DNA from: a virus
Lineage: Duplodnaviria; Caudoviricetes
Virus record (IMG/VR): IMGVR_UViG_3300035498_000654
Location: 1-64,000 of that record
Length of the DNA: 64,000 bases
Reading direction: 5' to 3' (one strand)
The first letter of the stretch is position 1; every line of letters starts with the position of its first letter. Shown here one piece after another: positions 20,938-31,973 of this stretch. The position numbers and the translations under genes are program-made. A model generated the notes under the pieces. That model was given only the letters and a program-made list of their open reading frames with translations, did not search any database and had not been told where the DNA came from.

Positions 20938-20975
20938 AATAAAGGTGTTAGAAATTAATCTAACACCTTTTATTA
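20938..20975. terminator. Bidirectional terminator between endonuclease cluster and capsid gene
   Basis: aaaggtgttaga...tctaacaccttt hairpin. Confidence 0.75.
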
Positions 20976-20995
20976 TATATTATTTGATATTATTA

Positions 20996-22837
20996 TCAAA
21001 GATTTGCCATATCAACAGCAAAAGTTACATATTGTGTTTCAGGGAAGTAACCTGCATCCACAAGAGCATAACGTGATTTAATTTGCAACTTAGGAGCCAT
21101 TGTGTTCTCAGCAATAATTCTTACTGAATCAGCCAAGATATATGGGCAGAAGTGTACACCAGGTTCATCCTTGCCACCTTTACGACCTACACAAACACGG
21201 TTGTCATAACCAGCCATATTAGGATCGCAATATACAGTCATACCAGCAACGGTGCCAACAGGATAAAGCTGACCAGCAGATTGGTTAATAGTATTTTCGA
21301 TAGGTGAGAAGCTATAGTGAGCATTTGATTGAAGAGCAGTAGCAACAGTGATGTTAGTTACAACGAATGTACCAGCACCATGACGACCTCTTTGTTGAAT
21401 CCAGTTAGAAGCCAAGAGGATGTTGTTATAAATTCTCTTAATCAAAGTATCACGGTTTTCAAATGTTGCATTAGGATTTGAATAGATTGGCTTATAAGGA
21501 AGAGCAATATTAGTATAAGATGTTACTTCATTACCATTGCTATTGTAGTAATTCTGAGGAATTGCAAAAGCAGGAGTCATCTTAGTAGTTGCATCAGGAT
21601 CGAAAGTGATGTTCATGTTATTAGCAGGACCTTCAACTTCAACAATCTTAATATGGTTTTTCCAACCGAGACCGAAGATACGAGATGTGATATGACGGTT
21701 GATAACCTGAGTCAATTCGTTGATAGCCGCGTTTTCAAGCATCTTAACAACATCGATACCCCATTGTTTCTGGAGGTCTTGAACTTGTTCCTGAGTAACA
21801 GCAACAGAAGCAGCGATAGTACCAACAGTTACGTTACGTGTGAAGAACTGGAGTGAAAGCTGGCGAGCAGGAGTCATTTCACCAGTACCACGAGACATAG
21901 GATCGTAAAGAACTGTACCATCTTGATATGTACCAGTCCAAGGATCTTTATCACGAGCACCTGCACCAGCAAAGCCCATAACTTGATCTTCAAGCATTGA
22001 AATCAAACGAGGACCAACAACTGTAAGGGTAACACCTTCACCAGTAAGAACAACATCGTCTTTAGCGAAATAATCACCAAGAGATTTAGAACCACTGATT
22101 ACTTTGAACATAGGATCGCCATCGATACGTGACCAACCAATGAATTCTACCTTAAGATCATCAGCAGCAAGAGCGAGACCAGCGGTAAGAACTTTATTCT
22201 CCTTAAGAGCGAGTTTTTCAGCGCCAGCTACGATTTCAACATCAGTAGCAGTTGCAGACTTAACAGCAACCTTGAAAGCTGAAGGAAGACCGTTTGTTGA
22301 GAAAGCAGAACCAGATACATGGCCATTAACCATAGGATTAGCAGATTCAGCATCATAAGCAGGAGTTGCACCGAAAGGTTGTTTTGAACCAGCATATACA
22401 TAATCCATGTAAGGAAGTACACCAGTAGGACCTGCCATAGGAGTTGTATTTACAAGTTCGAAGCCCATTGCCTTAGCACCAACTTTGAGTGCAAGAGGAA
22501 GAAGAGCAGCAAATTTATCACCTGAACCGAGGTTAGTGTGATCTGCATAATCAGCACCAGTTAAAGCGGGACGACCAGCAGGAACAGCGTCACCAACACC
22601 TACAGTATTGTAAAGAGTTGAATAAGGTGAATATGCACCACCAAGAGCAGAAGAAGCATTAGAACTAAACTGGAATGCATCCTCGTTAAGGTTTTTAGCT
22701 GTGTTATGTGCAACTTGAGACAACCAGCTAAGACGTTCAGGATCCTTAATACCAGTTGTTTTCTCAATCATAGGTGCCCAAGATTCAGTGATTGACTTGG
22801 CAACACCACGAGTTGTATTTTTTTGATTAAGTTTCAT
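20996..22837 (-). CDS. gp23: Major capsid protein (T4 gp23-like, 613 aa)
   Basis: PLALKVGAKAMGFELVNTTPMAGPTG, LQKQWGIDVVKMLENAAINELTQVINR, PGVHFCPY, KSRYALV; TATAAATA late promoter upstream; strongly biased codon usage. Confidence 0.9.
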   Translation of the reverse strand: MKLNQKNTTRGVAKSITESWAPMIEKTTGIKDPERLSWLSQVAHNTAKNLNEDAFQFSSNASSALGGAYSPYSTLYNTVGVGDAVPAGRPALTGADYADHTNLGSGDKFAALLPLALKVGAKAMGFELVNTTPMAGPTGVLPYMDYVYAGSKQPFGATPAYDAESANPMVNGHVSGSAFSTNGLPSAFKVAVKSATATDVEIVAGAEKLALKENKVLTAGLALAADDLKVEFIGWSRIDGDPMFKVISGSKSLGDYFAKDDVVLTGEGVTLTVVGPRLISMLEDQVMGFAGAGARDKDPWTGTYQDGTVLYDPMSRGTGEMTPARQLSLQFFTRNVTVGTIAASVAVTQEQVQDLQKQWGIDVVKMLENAAINELTQVINRHITSRIFGLGWKNHIKIVEVEGPANNMNITFDPDATTKMTPAFAIPQNYYNSNGNEVTSYTNIALPYKPIYSNPNATFENRDTLIKRIYNNILLASNWIQQRGRHGAGTFVVTNITVATALQSNAHYSFSPIENTINQSAGQLYPVGTVAGMTVYCDPNMAGYDNRVCVGRKGGKDEPGVHFCPYILADSVRIIAENTMAPKLQIKSRYALVDAGYFPETQYVTFAVDMANL

Positions 22838-23210
22838 AAATTTAAAAATATTTTTTAGGGTTTAAAACTTCTAAATATTTATAGAAGATTGTGTAACCAA
22901 ATATTCAAAAATATTAGTATTTAAAGGTATTTGTATAATATATTTAAAGTGATAATATAATTATTTTTATAATCTCTAAGTATAATTTTAAATTATTCGA
23001 ACCGCAAACTCCATATTTTTTCTCAGAGAAAACCCATCGTGAAATTTTAAAATTATAAAAATTTTAAAGAAAATATTTTAATATTAATCATCTATTAATT
23101 ATCCAATATATGTTTTCTGAAAGGATAACAATATAAGACAAAAATTTAAATACAATTAAATTAATGTTTAATTGGTTGATATATTTATTGTAGTATAAAA
23201 TTACTAATTA

Positions 23211-23498
23211 TTATTTTTCTTTTTTATATTCAATAGAATCTTGTTCAACTTCACTACGAAGTTTCCTTAAATCATTAATATCATTAACGATTTGATAATG
23301 ATCATCTATCTTCTTATTAATAACTTGAACTTCAGTTTTAATTTCTTCAATAGAGTCATATATCACAGGTTTTGAAACACAAAGATCCCAAAGAACAGCA
23401 CCTACCATAAAGACGATAATTAATACAGAAGCTATACAACTCCATGTATTATAGCATTTTTTAGGAGATTTTTTAGAGGTTTTATTAGCCATTGTCAT
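23211..23498 (-). CDS. Small membrane-anchored coiled-coil protein (possible lysis component)
   Basis: One TM segment (IASVLIIVFMVGAVLW) followed by a heptad-like tail. Confidence 0.55.
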   Translation of the reverse strand: MTMANKTSKKSPKKCYNTWSCIASVLIIVFMVGAVLWDLCVSKPVIYDSIEEIKTEVQVINKKIDDHYQIVNDINDLRKLRSEVEQDSIEYKKEK

Positions 23499-23643
23499 AA
23501 TAGTTCGTTTATTGATTTTTAAAAATTTGGTAATTTTGTTGCTTTCTAAATTTTTAATTTTTATAGTATATTTATAACGTTTATAAAATTTTATAAATTT
23601 GAAAATCGAAGACTTATTAAGACTTTTTTAGATTTTATTCATT

Positions 23644-24135
23644 TTATTGAATGATTGTAGAATCTGGTTGAAACTTATTAATCATTTGTCTTAATTGTGC
23701 TTTTAATGCAATATGCTATTGATTTATTCTATCTTCAGTCATTTGCATTTCTTTTATTTTAATATCATTTTCAGTAACATGATATTTCATAGTAGATTCT
23801 ATATAATCTCTATTAGATAATGCAAGATTATACACCTATTCATTAAGTTCTTCTAAAACATATAATGCAGTTATCATATATTCCAGATCAACAGAATAAT
23901 CATTAACAGAAATAACATCGGACACTTTCTTATTAAGGGAAACAACTTCTGATTGCATTTTATTAACATCTGCTGTAATCTACGGTTTAGTGTACATAAA
24001 ATAAAAAGCGGCTAAACAAAAGCTAAGTCCCATAAAGTTTCGGAGCCATTTAGGTATTTTAGTTATTTCATCCCAAATTGATTTCCATTGTATTGATTTA
24101 ATAAATTCAAGTAAATGATCAAAAAATGTCCACAT
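23644..24135 (-). CDS. Membrane-anchored coiled-coil protein (163 aa, 3 TAG=Gln)
   Basis: Manual translation MWTFFDHLLEF...FMGLSFCLAAFYFMYTKP*ITAD...DSTIIQ to TAA 23644-23646. Confidence 0.65.
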
Positions 24136-24235
24136 GTTAAAAAGTATTATTTAAATTATTTATAAAAATAAGGTGTAACCATTAATTAGATTACACCTTA
24201 TTACCAGGGGGTTTGAATAATGTTAATTATAATAT

Positions 24236-27200
24236 TTAACTTAGAATGTTAATAGCTTTTTTGGGATATTCAACTTCCTTATCAGCTGCATAACATTTTA
24301 CCATATCATTATCTTCTGCATTTATATAACTGGTAGGATCTATACGAATTTTTCTAATAGGCTCACCTTCTGCATTTACAACAACGGCATAAGGTAATTC
24401 TTTAAATTCGATATTATCCACATTATATTCAGCAGATACACCATCTTCATTAATAACTGTTAATACAGATTTAGATTCTTTAATCTCTTCAACAGGAACT
24501 AAACATGGTGTCATATTAACTTTTTGTTTATCCATAATGATATTGCATTCTACATTCTTCTTATTAAGGTCCTTCATTTGTTGAGGTTCCTCATTTTTCA
24601 ACGGTTTATCAATATTATCAGGTTGTTCATCTGGTAAAACTTCTAAATCATTTAGGTATTCAGGATCTGGCTCAAGGTCTTTAACGTTAACTGTCATTTG
24701 TTTTCCTTCTTTACCTATAATGTTTGCAGTACCATCTTTTTCATCTATACTGATAATACTTGCTTTTTCCTTTTTGTAGATTACTTTATCATTAGGTTCA
24801 TATGTAATATCATATTTGGCTTTCATTTCACTGATAGTCATCTTACGATGAGCATTTGGTAATACTGGTACAAAAGCTTCCTCTTGAGCTTGCATTGGTG
24901 CTAATGGATTATCAACACCTGCTTCTTGAGTATCTTTTTCAACTTTATCTTCAAAGTCTCTTTGTACTTTATCACCATGTAAAATATCATCAGCCATCTT
25001 TGTATTCTCAAAATTATGACCGGCAGATAAACCAAAACGTCTAATTCTTGCATGTTCCAAAAGTTCATCAGGCATTGGTGCTATCATAGTTTTCAATACA
25101 GTATCAATACCAAATTTCCAATCACTTGGTGTAGAACCATCACCTAAGAAAATAGGTTCATCAGATTCATCTGTATATGCAACAGCTAATGCATCAATTA
25201 TTTGTTCTGGAACTTCATCTTCTAAGTCTTTGAGAATACCAAGGAATTCCTCAATAGGTCTTACATAGAAGCCTTCTGGCAATCCATATACAGCATATTC
25301 AATTCTTGCAGTTTCATTTTTTATGGTAAAGAAATATGTATTTGATAATTCTGTTTTATCCAGACTACCATACAAATATCCTCCAAAGAAATCAGACTTT
25401 AAATCATCTCCATATTGTTTATGGAGTGATTTACATTGTTTAGTACAATATTCATATATTGAATATATTGGATTGTTATTCACGCTTTCATTGATAAAGC
25501 CTTTGCTATTGGTAGCTCCACCAATTTTCTCACGGATGAGTTTGCTACCATAGCGGGCTAATTTAGAGGACTTGGTGGTATCCTCATTTACGAAAAAACG
25601 TGACTTGCCAGATGCAGTTTTATGTACGGCACCAATTCCCAGAATAGACTTACGACTTTCTGTTACCGGACGTTTAGGAGGTTTCGCTTCATATTTTTCT
25701 GGAATATCTGTATCATCTACTGTAGGCGCAGGTAATTCAATTTCTGTATCACCAACTTTATATGTAGGAATTACAGGCTCTTCATCAGGATGAACATCAT
25801 CAAAAGAATCAAAATCTGTATCATCTGTGGGAACATCAGCAGTTGTCAAATCTGTGTCAATTACATCTTCTTGAGGAAGTTCATCATCTGTAGGAATATC
25901 TTCAAAATCATCTTTAGGTGTAATTGTAAATTCATCATCTGTATCAATTACATTAAAGAAATCATTTACACCAGAAGGATCTTCATTTTCGTCTGAATAA
26001 TCATCTTCAGGTTCTGTATCATCTGTTAAATCAACTAATGATGAAGGTCTTACTTTAGGTTCATTTACTTTAGAATCTGATTTTTGATATTCATTTTCAC
26101 CAGAATAATCAGCTTCTGTACCATTGTTTACTGCATCTTTATATTGAGTGCTTGCTTTAATGTTATCAACTATTGTTGTATACAAGTTATATTGCATTTC
26201 ATCATTGTCAATAATAGGTTCACCATCATCACCAAGATAGAAATCAAATTTTTGTGTATCATTGTATACTTTACCATCTTTATCAACCATAGGAATGATT
26301 ACAGATACTGTACCTGATTTATAAAGGGTATGTGTTTTAATATTCTCATCAAAACGTACACTTGCTACTTTAGCAACCATTTCATTTTCTGGAATATATT
26401 CAGGTTCTTCTGGAACAGGATTTTCAGTATCACCGCCAAACATGTCAGTTGCCATATCAGCATAATCTTCAGTATCTTCTACATCATCTGTGATTATATC
26501 TTCATCTGAAGGAACATCTTCTGCTTTAGGTTCAACATTAATGTCATCATCTTCTACATCATCTGATTCACCTTCAACTTCATCATCGCCAAATGCATCA
26601 TCAAATTCTGTGAAACCATTATCACCGCCTTCGAAACCATAATCTGCAATAGCATCATCTACACTATCAGAATCCTCATCAGTATTATCAACAGGTTCTG
26701 TTTCTGTTGTAATATTAAGTATAGGTGATTCATTATTATCTGAATCTGCAGTATCTGTATCATCAGTATCTTCACCATTTAGGTAACTGTCAAATTCATC
26801 ATCTGATACACCCATTGGATTTTCATCGTCTTCAGAATCTTCAACTTCATTATAATCTGTAACAACTTCCATATCATCAGAAGTATCATCAATATTGCCA
26901 TCAATAGGTGTAGTTAAATCATCCATTGCATTATCAATGTCTTTGTCATCCAATGGTTCATTAGTTGTTTCTTTCTTAACATCACCATCACCATTAACTT
27001 CATCTTCACCAGAATCTTCTGAATCATCTTTAGAACCTGTTTCATCAGCAACTTTCTTTTGCCATTCCTTATATTCTGATTTAAGGTCTTTCAACTTATC
27101 TTCAGCAGTTTTAATACCATCTTCAAGTTTCTTAATAGAATCATCTGATGTTGCAGCTTCTTTTGCTTTTTTAAGTTTATCCAAAGTTTCCTCATAACGT

Positions 27201-29089
27201 TCAATAGCATCTTGATATTCGTTTTGAGTTTCATTTAACTTCATAATAATCTTATTTTGAGCAGGCAATAAATTCTCAAACAAGTTAGCAACATTAAGAC
27301 CCATGTGGTCATTAATAATATTCTTACATTGTAAAGGATTTACATTATGATAGAATGTTGATCTGCAAGTATCTTCATTAACAGTATTAATAAAGATATT
27401 ATCACCAATACGGAATAAATCAGCATTAACACCAGGATTATTATTTAAAGCAATACGACGACCAAAATCAATCTTAGCAATCTTATTAAAGTTCTCAAGT
27501 AAGCATGAACACATGATGAAGAAATTAGTATCATAATCATATTTCATACCCATTTCTTGAAGATTTCTAAGGGTTGATGTTGATTCTTTATTTCCATTTA
27601 CTTCTGCATAACCTTCATAAATCTTAGCAGTCTTATCATTACCACGAAGAACGATATGGTCTTCATTAATAGAAACATTAGGATCGTTAACAAGTTTGCA
27701 AAGAGTAGTAAATTTCTCTGAAAGTTGTTTAATCAATTCAGGACCAATCTTAGCGATGTTTTGACCTTTGCGAACAAAGTATTGACCATTTGTATAGAAT
27801 ACAGATTCGCCTTCTTTAATATATTGTACAGGTGAATAAATGTTCTCTGTATGTGCATGTTGTTTAACCAACTTAATTTCATCTGCAATAGAAAGAGCTT
27901 TTTCTGATAATGTATTAGCTTCTTTAGAATTATCATTATTAATAACTTCAAGAATCTTGCTTACATAAGGATCATTAGCAAATGAAACAAGACAGTTTCT
28001 AAGTTGGACTCTATTAGTAGGATTAGGTGTATTAACATAACGAGCACAATCTTCTTCAATTAAAGGGAGAATATTATAAGATTGTGATTCTGCCATTTCT
28101 TCAAGAATCTTTGTGATTTCAATACCAGTAGGATTCTTTTTAACAGCTTCATTAATAGAATTAATTGCTTTTTCAACAGGAAGCAAATAATTAAATGGTG
28201 TTACATTATGGATGAATGTTTCATAAAGACGTTCTTCATATAAACCATCATTAAGTGCACCTGCATATTGTTCAACAATAGCCATCAAACGTTTATTCTT
28301 TTTAGCATCAGAATTAACAATTGATTTAACTGCTTCTGTTAGATTAATACCAGTGTTATTAACAATGTGATTGAATGAATTAATTTCTTTTTCTTTTGCA
28401 GCTTGTACTTTTGCATCTTCAAATACTTTATTAGCATAAGCTTCAAGTTTTTCTTGTGTTCTTTTAACTTTCTTTTCTTCACGTATCTTATTAATACGTT
28501 CATTTATAGAATCATATTGAGCAGCTGGTGATTGTGCATCGTCATCTGAATAATCATCAACATATTCATAATTATTTTCATCTGAAATAATGCTAATGAT
28601 ACGATTTGCATTAGGATCACCTTGTTCAACTAATGTCCAGCAAGCTTCAACAACTTCACGACGAAGTTCAGATGTTGGTTCATTCAAATATTCATTATAT
28701 GCATCCTTAATAGTTGCTTGTGCAACAGGATCTGAAATATTTTGAATGCAACATAAAACTTCAAGTATATCACCAAATTGAGACAAAATTTCTTTCATTT
28801 CACCAAGAACATATTTAACTTCTGGTGTACCTTTTGAATATGCTTTTAATTGATTATAAAAAGCCTCAAATGATAAAAACTCAGGTTCATTGGTTTCTCT
28901 TAAATGATTATCCCAGGTAATAAGAAAATCCATCAATTTTGGATTATCATGTGCAGCACTTAATAGTGAAGCAATATACTTAGAATAATGAAAACGATCA
29001 GATGCATCTTCAATAGGATTATCTGACATTCCTTCATTAATTATATTACGAATATTATTAAGATATTCTTCTTGTGTAAGTTTCGCCAT
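24236..29089 (-). CDS. Very large acidic putative head-internal/scaffold protein (1617 aa)
   Basis: ORF track; long D/E-rich stretch, repeated INE/LNE sites, co-oriented upstream of the capsid gene. Confidence 0.75.
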   Translation of the reverse strand: MAKLTQEEYLNNIRNIINEGMSDNPIEDASDRFHYSKYIASLLSAAHDNPKLMDFLITWDNHLRETNEPEFLSFEAFYNQLKAYSKGTPEVKYVLGEMKEILSQFGDILEVLCCIQNISDPVAQATIKDAYNEYLNEPTSELRREVVEACWTLVEQGDPNANRIISIISDENNYEYVDDYSDDDAQSPAAQYDSINERINKIREEKKVKRTQEKLEAYANKVFEDAKVQAAKEKEINSFNHIVNNTGINLTEAVKSIVNSDAKKNKRLMAIVEQYAGALNDGLYEERLYETFIHNVTPFNYLLPVEKAINSINEAVKKNPTGIEITKILEEMAESQSYNILPLIEEDCARYVNTPNPTNRVQLRNCLVSFANDPYVSKILEVINNDNSKEANTLSEKALSIADEIKLVKQHAHTENIYSPVQYIKEGESVFYTNGQYFVRKGQNIAKIGPELIKQLSEKFTTLCKLVNDPNVSINEDHIVLRGNDKTAKIYEGYAEVNGNKESTSTLRNLQEMGMKYDYDTNFFIMCSCLLENFNKIAKIDFGRRIALNNNPGVNADLFRIGDNIFINTVNEDTCRSTFYHNVNPLQCKNIINDHMGLNVANLFENLLPAQNKIIMKLNETQNEYQDAIERYEETLDKLKKAKEAATSDDSIKKLEDGIKTAEDKLKDLKSEYKEWQKKVADETGSKDDSEDSGEDEVNGDGDVKKETTNEPLDDKDIDNAMDDLTTPIDGNIDDTSDDMEVVTDYNEVEDSEDDENPMGVSDDEFDSYLNGEDTDDTDTADSDNNESPILNITTETEPVDNTDEDSDSVDDAIADYGFEGGDNGFTEFDDAFGDDEVEGESDDVEDDDINVEPKAEDVPSDEDIITDDVEDTEDYADMATDMFGGDTENPVPEEPEYIPENEMVAKVASVRFDENIKTHTLYKSGTVSVIIPMVDKDGKVYNDTQKFDFYLGDDGEPIIDNDEMQYNLYTTIVDNIKASTQYKDAVNNGTEADYSGENEYQKSDSKVNEPKVRPSSLVDLTDDTEPEDDYSDENEDPSGVNDFFNVIDTDDEFTITPKDDFEDIPTDDELPQEDVIDTDLTTADVPTDDTDFDSFDDVHPDEEPVIPTYKVGDTEIELPAPTVDDTDIPEKYEAKPPKRPVTESRKSILGIGAVHKTASGKSRFFVNEDTTKSSKLARYGSKLIREKIGGATNSKGFINESVNNNPIYSIYEYCTKQCKSLHKQYGDDLKSDFFGGYLYGSLDKTELSNTYFFTIKNETARIEYAVYGLPEGFYVRPIEEFLGILKDLEDEVPEQIIDALAVAYTDESDEPIFLGDGSTPSDWKFGIDTVLKTMIAPMPDELLEHARIRRFGLSAGHNFENTKMADDILHGDKVQRDFEDKVEKDTQEAGVDNPLAPMQAQEEAFVPVLPNAHRKMTISEMKAKYDITYEPNDKVIYKKEKASIISIDEKDGTANIIGKEGKQMTVNVKDLEPDPEYLNDLEVLPDEQPDNIDKPLKNEEPQQMKDLNKKNVECNIIMDKQKVNMTPCLVPVEEIKESKSVLTVINEDGVSAEYNVDNIEFKELPYAVVVNAEGEPIRKIRIDPTSYINAEDNDMVKCYAADKEVEYPKKAINILS

Positions 29090-29172
29090 ATAAAATATGT
29101 AAAGTTTAAAAATAAATTCAAAATTTAATTTATTTATGTTTATAAAAATTAGTTATAATTTATTAAATGTCT

Positions 29173-29727
29173 TTAAACAACTGAAATCCAGTTATTTACA
29201 TCATTATTATTTTGTATAAATGAATATGAATCATCTTCATTATGAGCTCTAACAGCAAGGTCTATTCGTTTATAAGGAATATTTGCATTATATATAAAAG
29301 GTTCCATATGAACAGGATTAGATTCATCTACCATTCCATTTAATAGATTAATTACAATAGGATGCTCAACAACTTCTTCTGTTACTGGGTCTATATAAGA
29401 AGCGATAGCTGGTAATTCAGTTTTTTCATTCTCAACAAAGAATAAGCCTTTAGAAATAACTAATACATTAGATTCATCTATTATACGAGAATTTGGATCT
29501 GGATATAATTTAAGAACTGGTAATGTATGAGCAATTGAATTTTCTAATGGTGGTATTATAATATCAATATTAACAGCATCAGGATTTATTTCCTCAGGAA
29601 CAATCCAATGATAGAAATTATTATTTTGAACTGTATCTATTATAGTATATTCTGTATCATTTTCTTCCTTATATAGAATATCAATATACACAGTATCTGC
29701 ATCTTCATAAAAACAATTCCATTCCAA
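29173..29727 (-). CDS. Hypothetical virion-module protein (184 aa)
   Basis: ORF track; operonic with neighbours. Confidence 0.7.
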   Translation of the reverse strand: MEWNCFYEDADTVYIDILYKEENDTEYTIIDTVQNNNFYHWIVPEEINPDAVNIDIIIPPLENSIAHTLPVLKLYPDPNSRIIDESNVLVISKGLFFVENEKTELPAIASYIDPVTEEVVEHPIVINLLNGMVDESNPVHMEPFIYNANIPYKRIDLAVRAHNEDDSYSFIQNNNDVNNWISVV

Positions 29728-29736
29728 TATTACATC

Positions 29737-30585
29737 CTATCCTGTTGTTATAACAGATTTAGTAAGGTCTGTTTGCACTTTCATATTAGCATGTTTTGAA
29801 TAATCTATAGATGATGTATAATCATTTACAGTTTGTAAACTGAATGTTAATGTTTTCATTGTATTATCGGCAGGTCTTTCATTATGTGGATCAAATACCG
29901 GTTGATACGTTTCACATGTAATATCAAAACTAAGTTTAATATCGAATCCATCATTTGTTGATCCCATTTGGTAAGATGCTGTTTTTTCTTGTGAAATAGA
30001 TTCAGGAAATCCAACACGAACCGGGACAACTGTACCCCTAAAATTAATTCTATATGTTTTATTCTTATAAAAAAATTCTCTAAAGGCTTGTTCTATTTTC
30101 CATGCAGTATTCATATTATCACATTTAATAGATGCAGTAAAACTATATGTTAATGGGATAGAATAAAGGAATGAAACATATGATTTAATTTCGCCTTGTT
30201 CTTTCTTTGTATATCGTCCCATTACAAACCTATTAGATATATTACCAGAATCGATAGATGTTGAATTTAATGTAATAACACCACATGGTATAGGTTTATA
30301 ATCACCTGGCATTTTAGTTATTCCAATAGATGTACATTCATCATCTGTCCAATGTAAATAATTATCTTGTATAAATCGTTCAGATGAAACAGAACCACCA
30401 GAAAAATCATAAAAGAATGGTACAACTATATCTTCTTTTCCTTCTTCTGTATTATCCCATATTTGTTGATATATTAGTTTTTTATTAAGGACTCTTAATA
30501 AACCTAAGATAACCAATCTGGATAAAACATCAGATGTATTTCGATCTTCATAAAATTGCTTATTTGAAACTTTAGTTTGTGCCAT
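29737..30585 (-). CDS. Tail completion / sheath stabilizer (T4 gp15-like)
   Basis: IVVPFFY...ERF and IPLTYSFTASIK...AWKIEQ resemble gp15 VPITY and PVPYNISFELSI motifs. Confidence 0.6.
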   Translation of the reverse strand: MAQTKVSNKQFYEDRNTSDVLSRLVILGLLRVLNKKLIYQQIWDNTEEGKEDIVVPFFYDFSGGSVSSERFIQDNYLHWTDDECTSIGITKMPGDYKPIPCGVITLNSTSIDSGNISNRFVMGRYTKKEQGEIKSYVSFLYSIPLTYSFTASIKCDNMNTAWKIEQAFREFFYKNKTYRINFRGTVVPVRVGFPESISQEKTASYQMGSTNDGFDIKLSFDITCETYQPVFDPHNERPADNTMKTLTFSLQTVNDYTSSIDYSKHANMKVQTDLTKSVITTG

Positions 30586-30702
30586 ACTATAATTTAATAT
30601 ACGTAAATAAAATATAAGATATTTACATTTAAAATAAAATTCGGTTAAAAAACTAATAGTATCAAAAAATTTTTTAATATTATATAATATTTTATCAATA
30701 TT

Positions 30703-31938
30703 ATGCTAAGAGCAGTTAAAATAAGATTATATCCTAACAAAACACAAGAAGTTCAAATTAACAAACTTCTTGGTTGTTGTCGTGTTGTTTATAATCAATG
30801 TCTTGCTCGAAAAATAGAATCTTATAACAAAGAGAATAAAACTGAAAACTTATCGTCTTTAAGTAAGTGGTTTCATCATGATTTGATTAATAATCCAGAT
30901 TTTATTTGGTTGAAAGAACAAAACACAAATGTTCTTCAACAATCAATAATGGATATGTTGAATGCTTATAAACGATTCTTTACATTGCATACAGGCTATC
31001 CAAAGTTTAAATCAAAACACGATAATAAACAATCTTGTAGATTTACAATAAATGCTATTTCAAAAAGAAATAACTACCTATCTTATAAATTATCACTTGC
31101 AAATATAAGAGATATTAAATTTAGATGTAATAAACTATATTCAAAGTACCTTCAAGATAACAAGTCAAATATAAAGTCTGCAACTTTAAGCAAGTTGCCA
31201 TGTGGTTAGTATTACTTATCAATCTTAGTTGATGGTTGTTTATTACATAAAGTTAAAGATACTGATAAAATAATTGGCTTTGACCTTGGAGTTAAAAACT
31301 TTATTACTACATCAGAAGGTAATGTTTTTGAAAACTTACATTTTAAAAAATCAGAATACAAGAAAATTAAGAAACTTCAAAGACAGCTTTCCAAAAAGAA
31401 AGTTGGTTCTAACAACAGAAACAAAGCAAGGATTAAACTTGCAAAAGTATATAAAGTCATAACAGATCGTAAATCAAACTATTTGCATAAGGTGTCTAAT
31501 TCATTAATTGATGAAAATCAAGTCATTTGTATGGAGGACTTAAATGTAAAAGGAATGATTAAAAATCACAGACTTTCAGATTCAATATCTGAAATGAATT
31601 TTGGAGAATTCAGAAGAATACTTGAATACAAGAGTTTATGGTATAATAGAAAGTTAGTTTTTATAGATAGATTTTATCCTTCATCTAAGAGATGCAATCA
31701 TTGTGGTTATATTAATAAATCACTTAAATTGCCAGATAGACAATGGACTTGCCCAGACTGCGGATCTATCATTGATAGAGACTATAATGCATCACTTAAT
31801 ATCTTAGAAGAAGGCCAAAGAATAATAGGTTGCAGTACAACCAAATTTAAGCTTGTGGACTATCCAACTATGGATGACAAGGAAGTAATTCCCCTAAAAA
31901 GTAGTGATAGGTTGAAGCAAGAAGTTAAAAATGAATAA
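30703..31938 (+). CDS. tnpB: TnpB copy 1 (411 aa); intact only with TAG (31207-31209) read as Gln
   Basis: HTH RLYPN, RuvC-I GFDLGVK, RuvC-II MEDLNV, CNHCG/CPDCG, DRDYNA; the other two copies have Glu at the TAG position. Confidence 0.9.
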
Positions 31939-31965
31939 ACTTAAATTTATTTAAATTTTAATATA
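31820..31965 (+). ncRNA. Predicted omegaRNA scaffold / right end of tnpB copy 1
   Basis: Conserved 3' block shared with the other copies, ending ttttaatata. Confidence 0.6.
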
Positions 31966-31973
31966 CTTTCATA

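Noticed and set aside
21653-22422. Short ORFs overlapping the capsid gene
   Set aside because: Antisense or alternate-frame shadows of a highly biased gene.
30703-31965. tnpB elements as IStrons or autonomous IS605/IS607
   Set aside because: No tnpA or serine recombinase ORF and no group I intron core upstream of any tnpB in the window.
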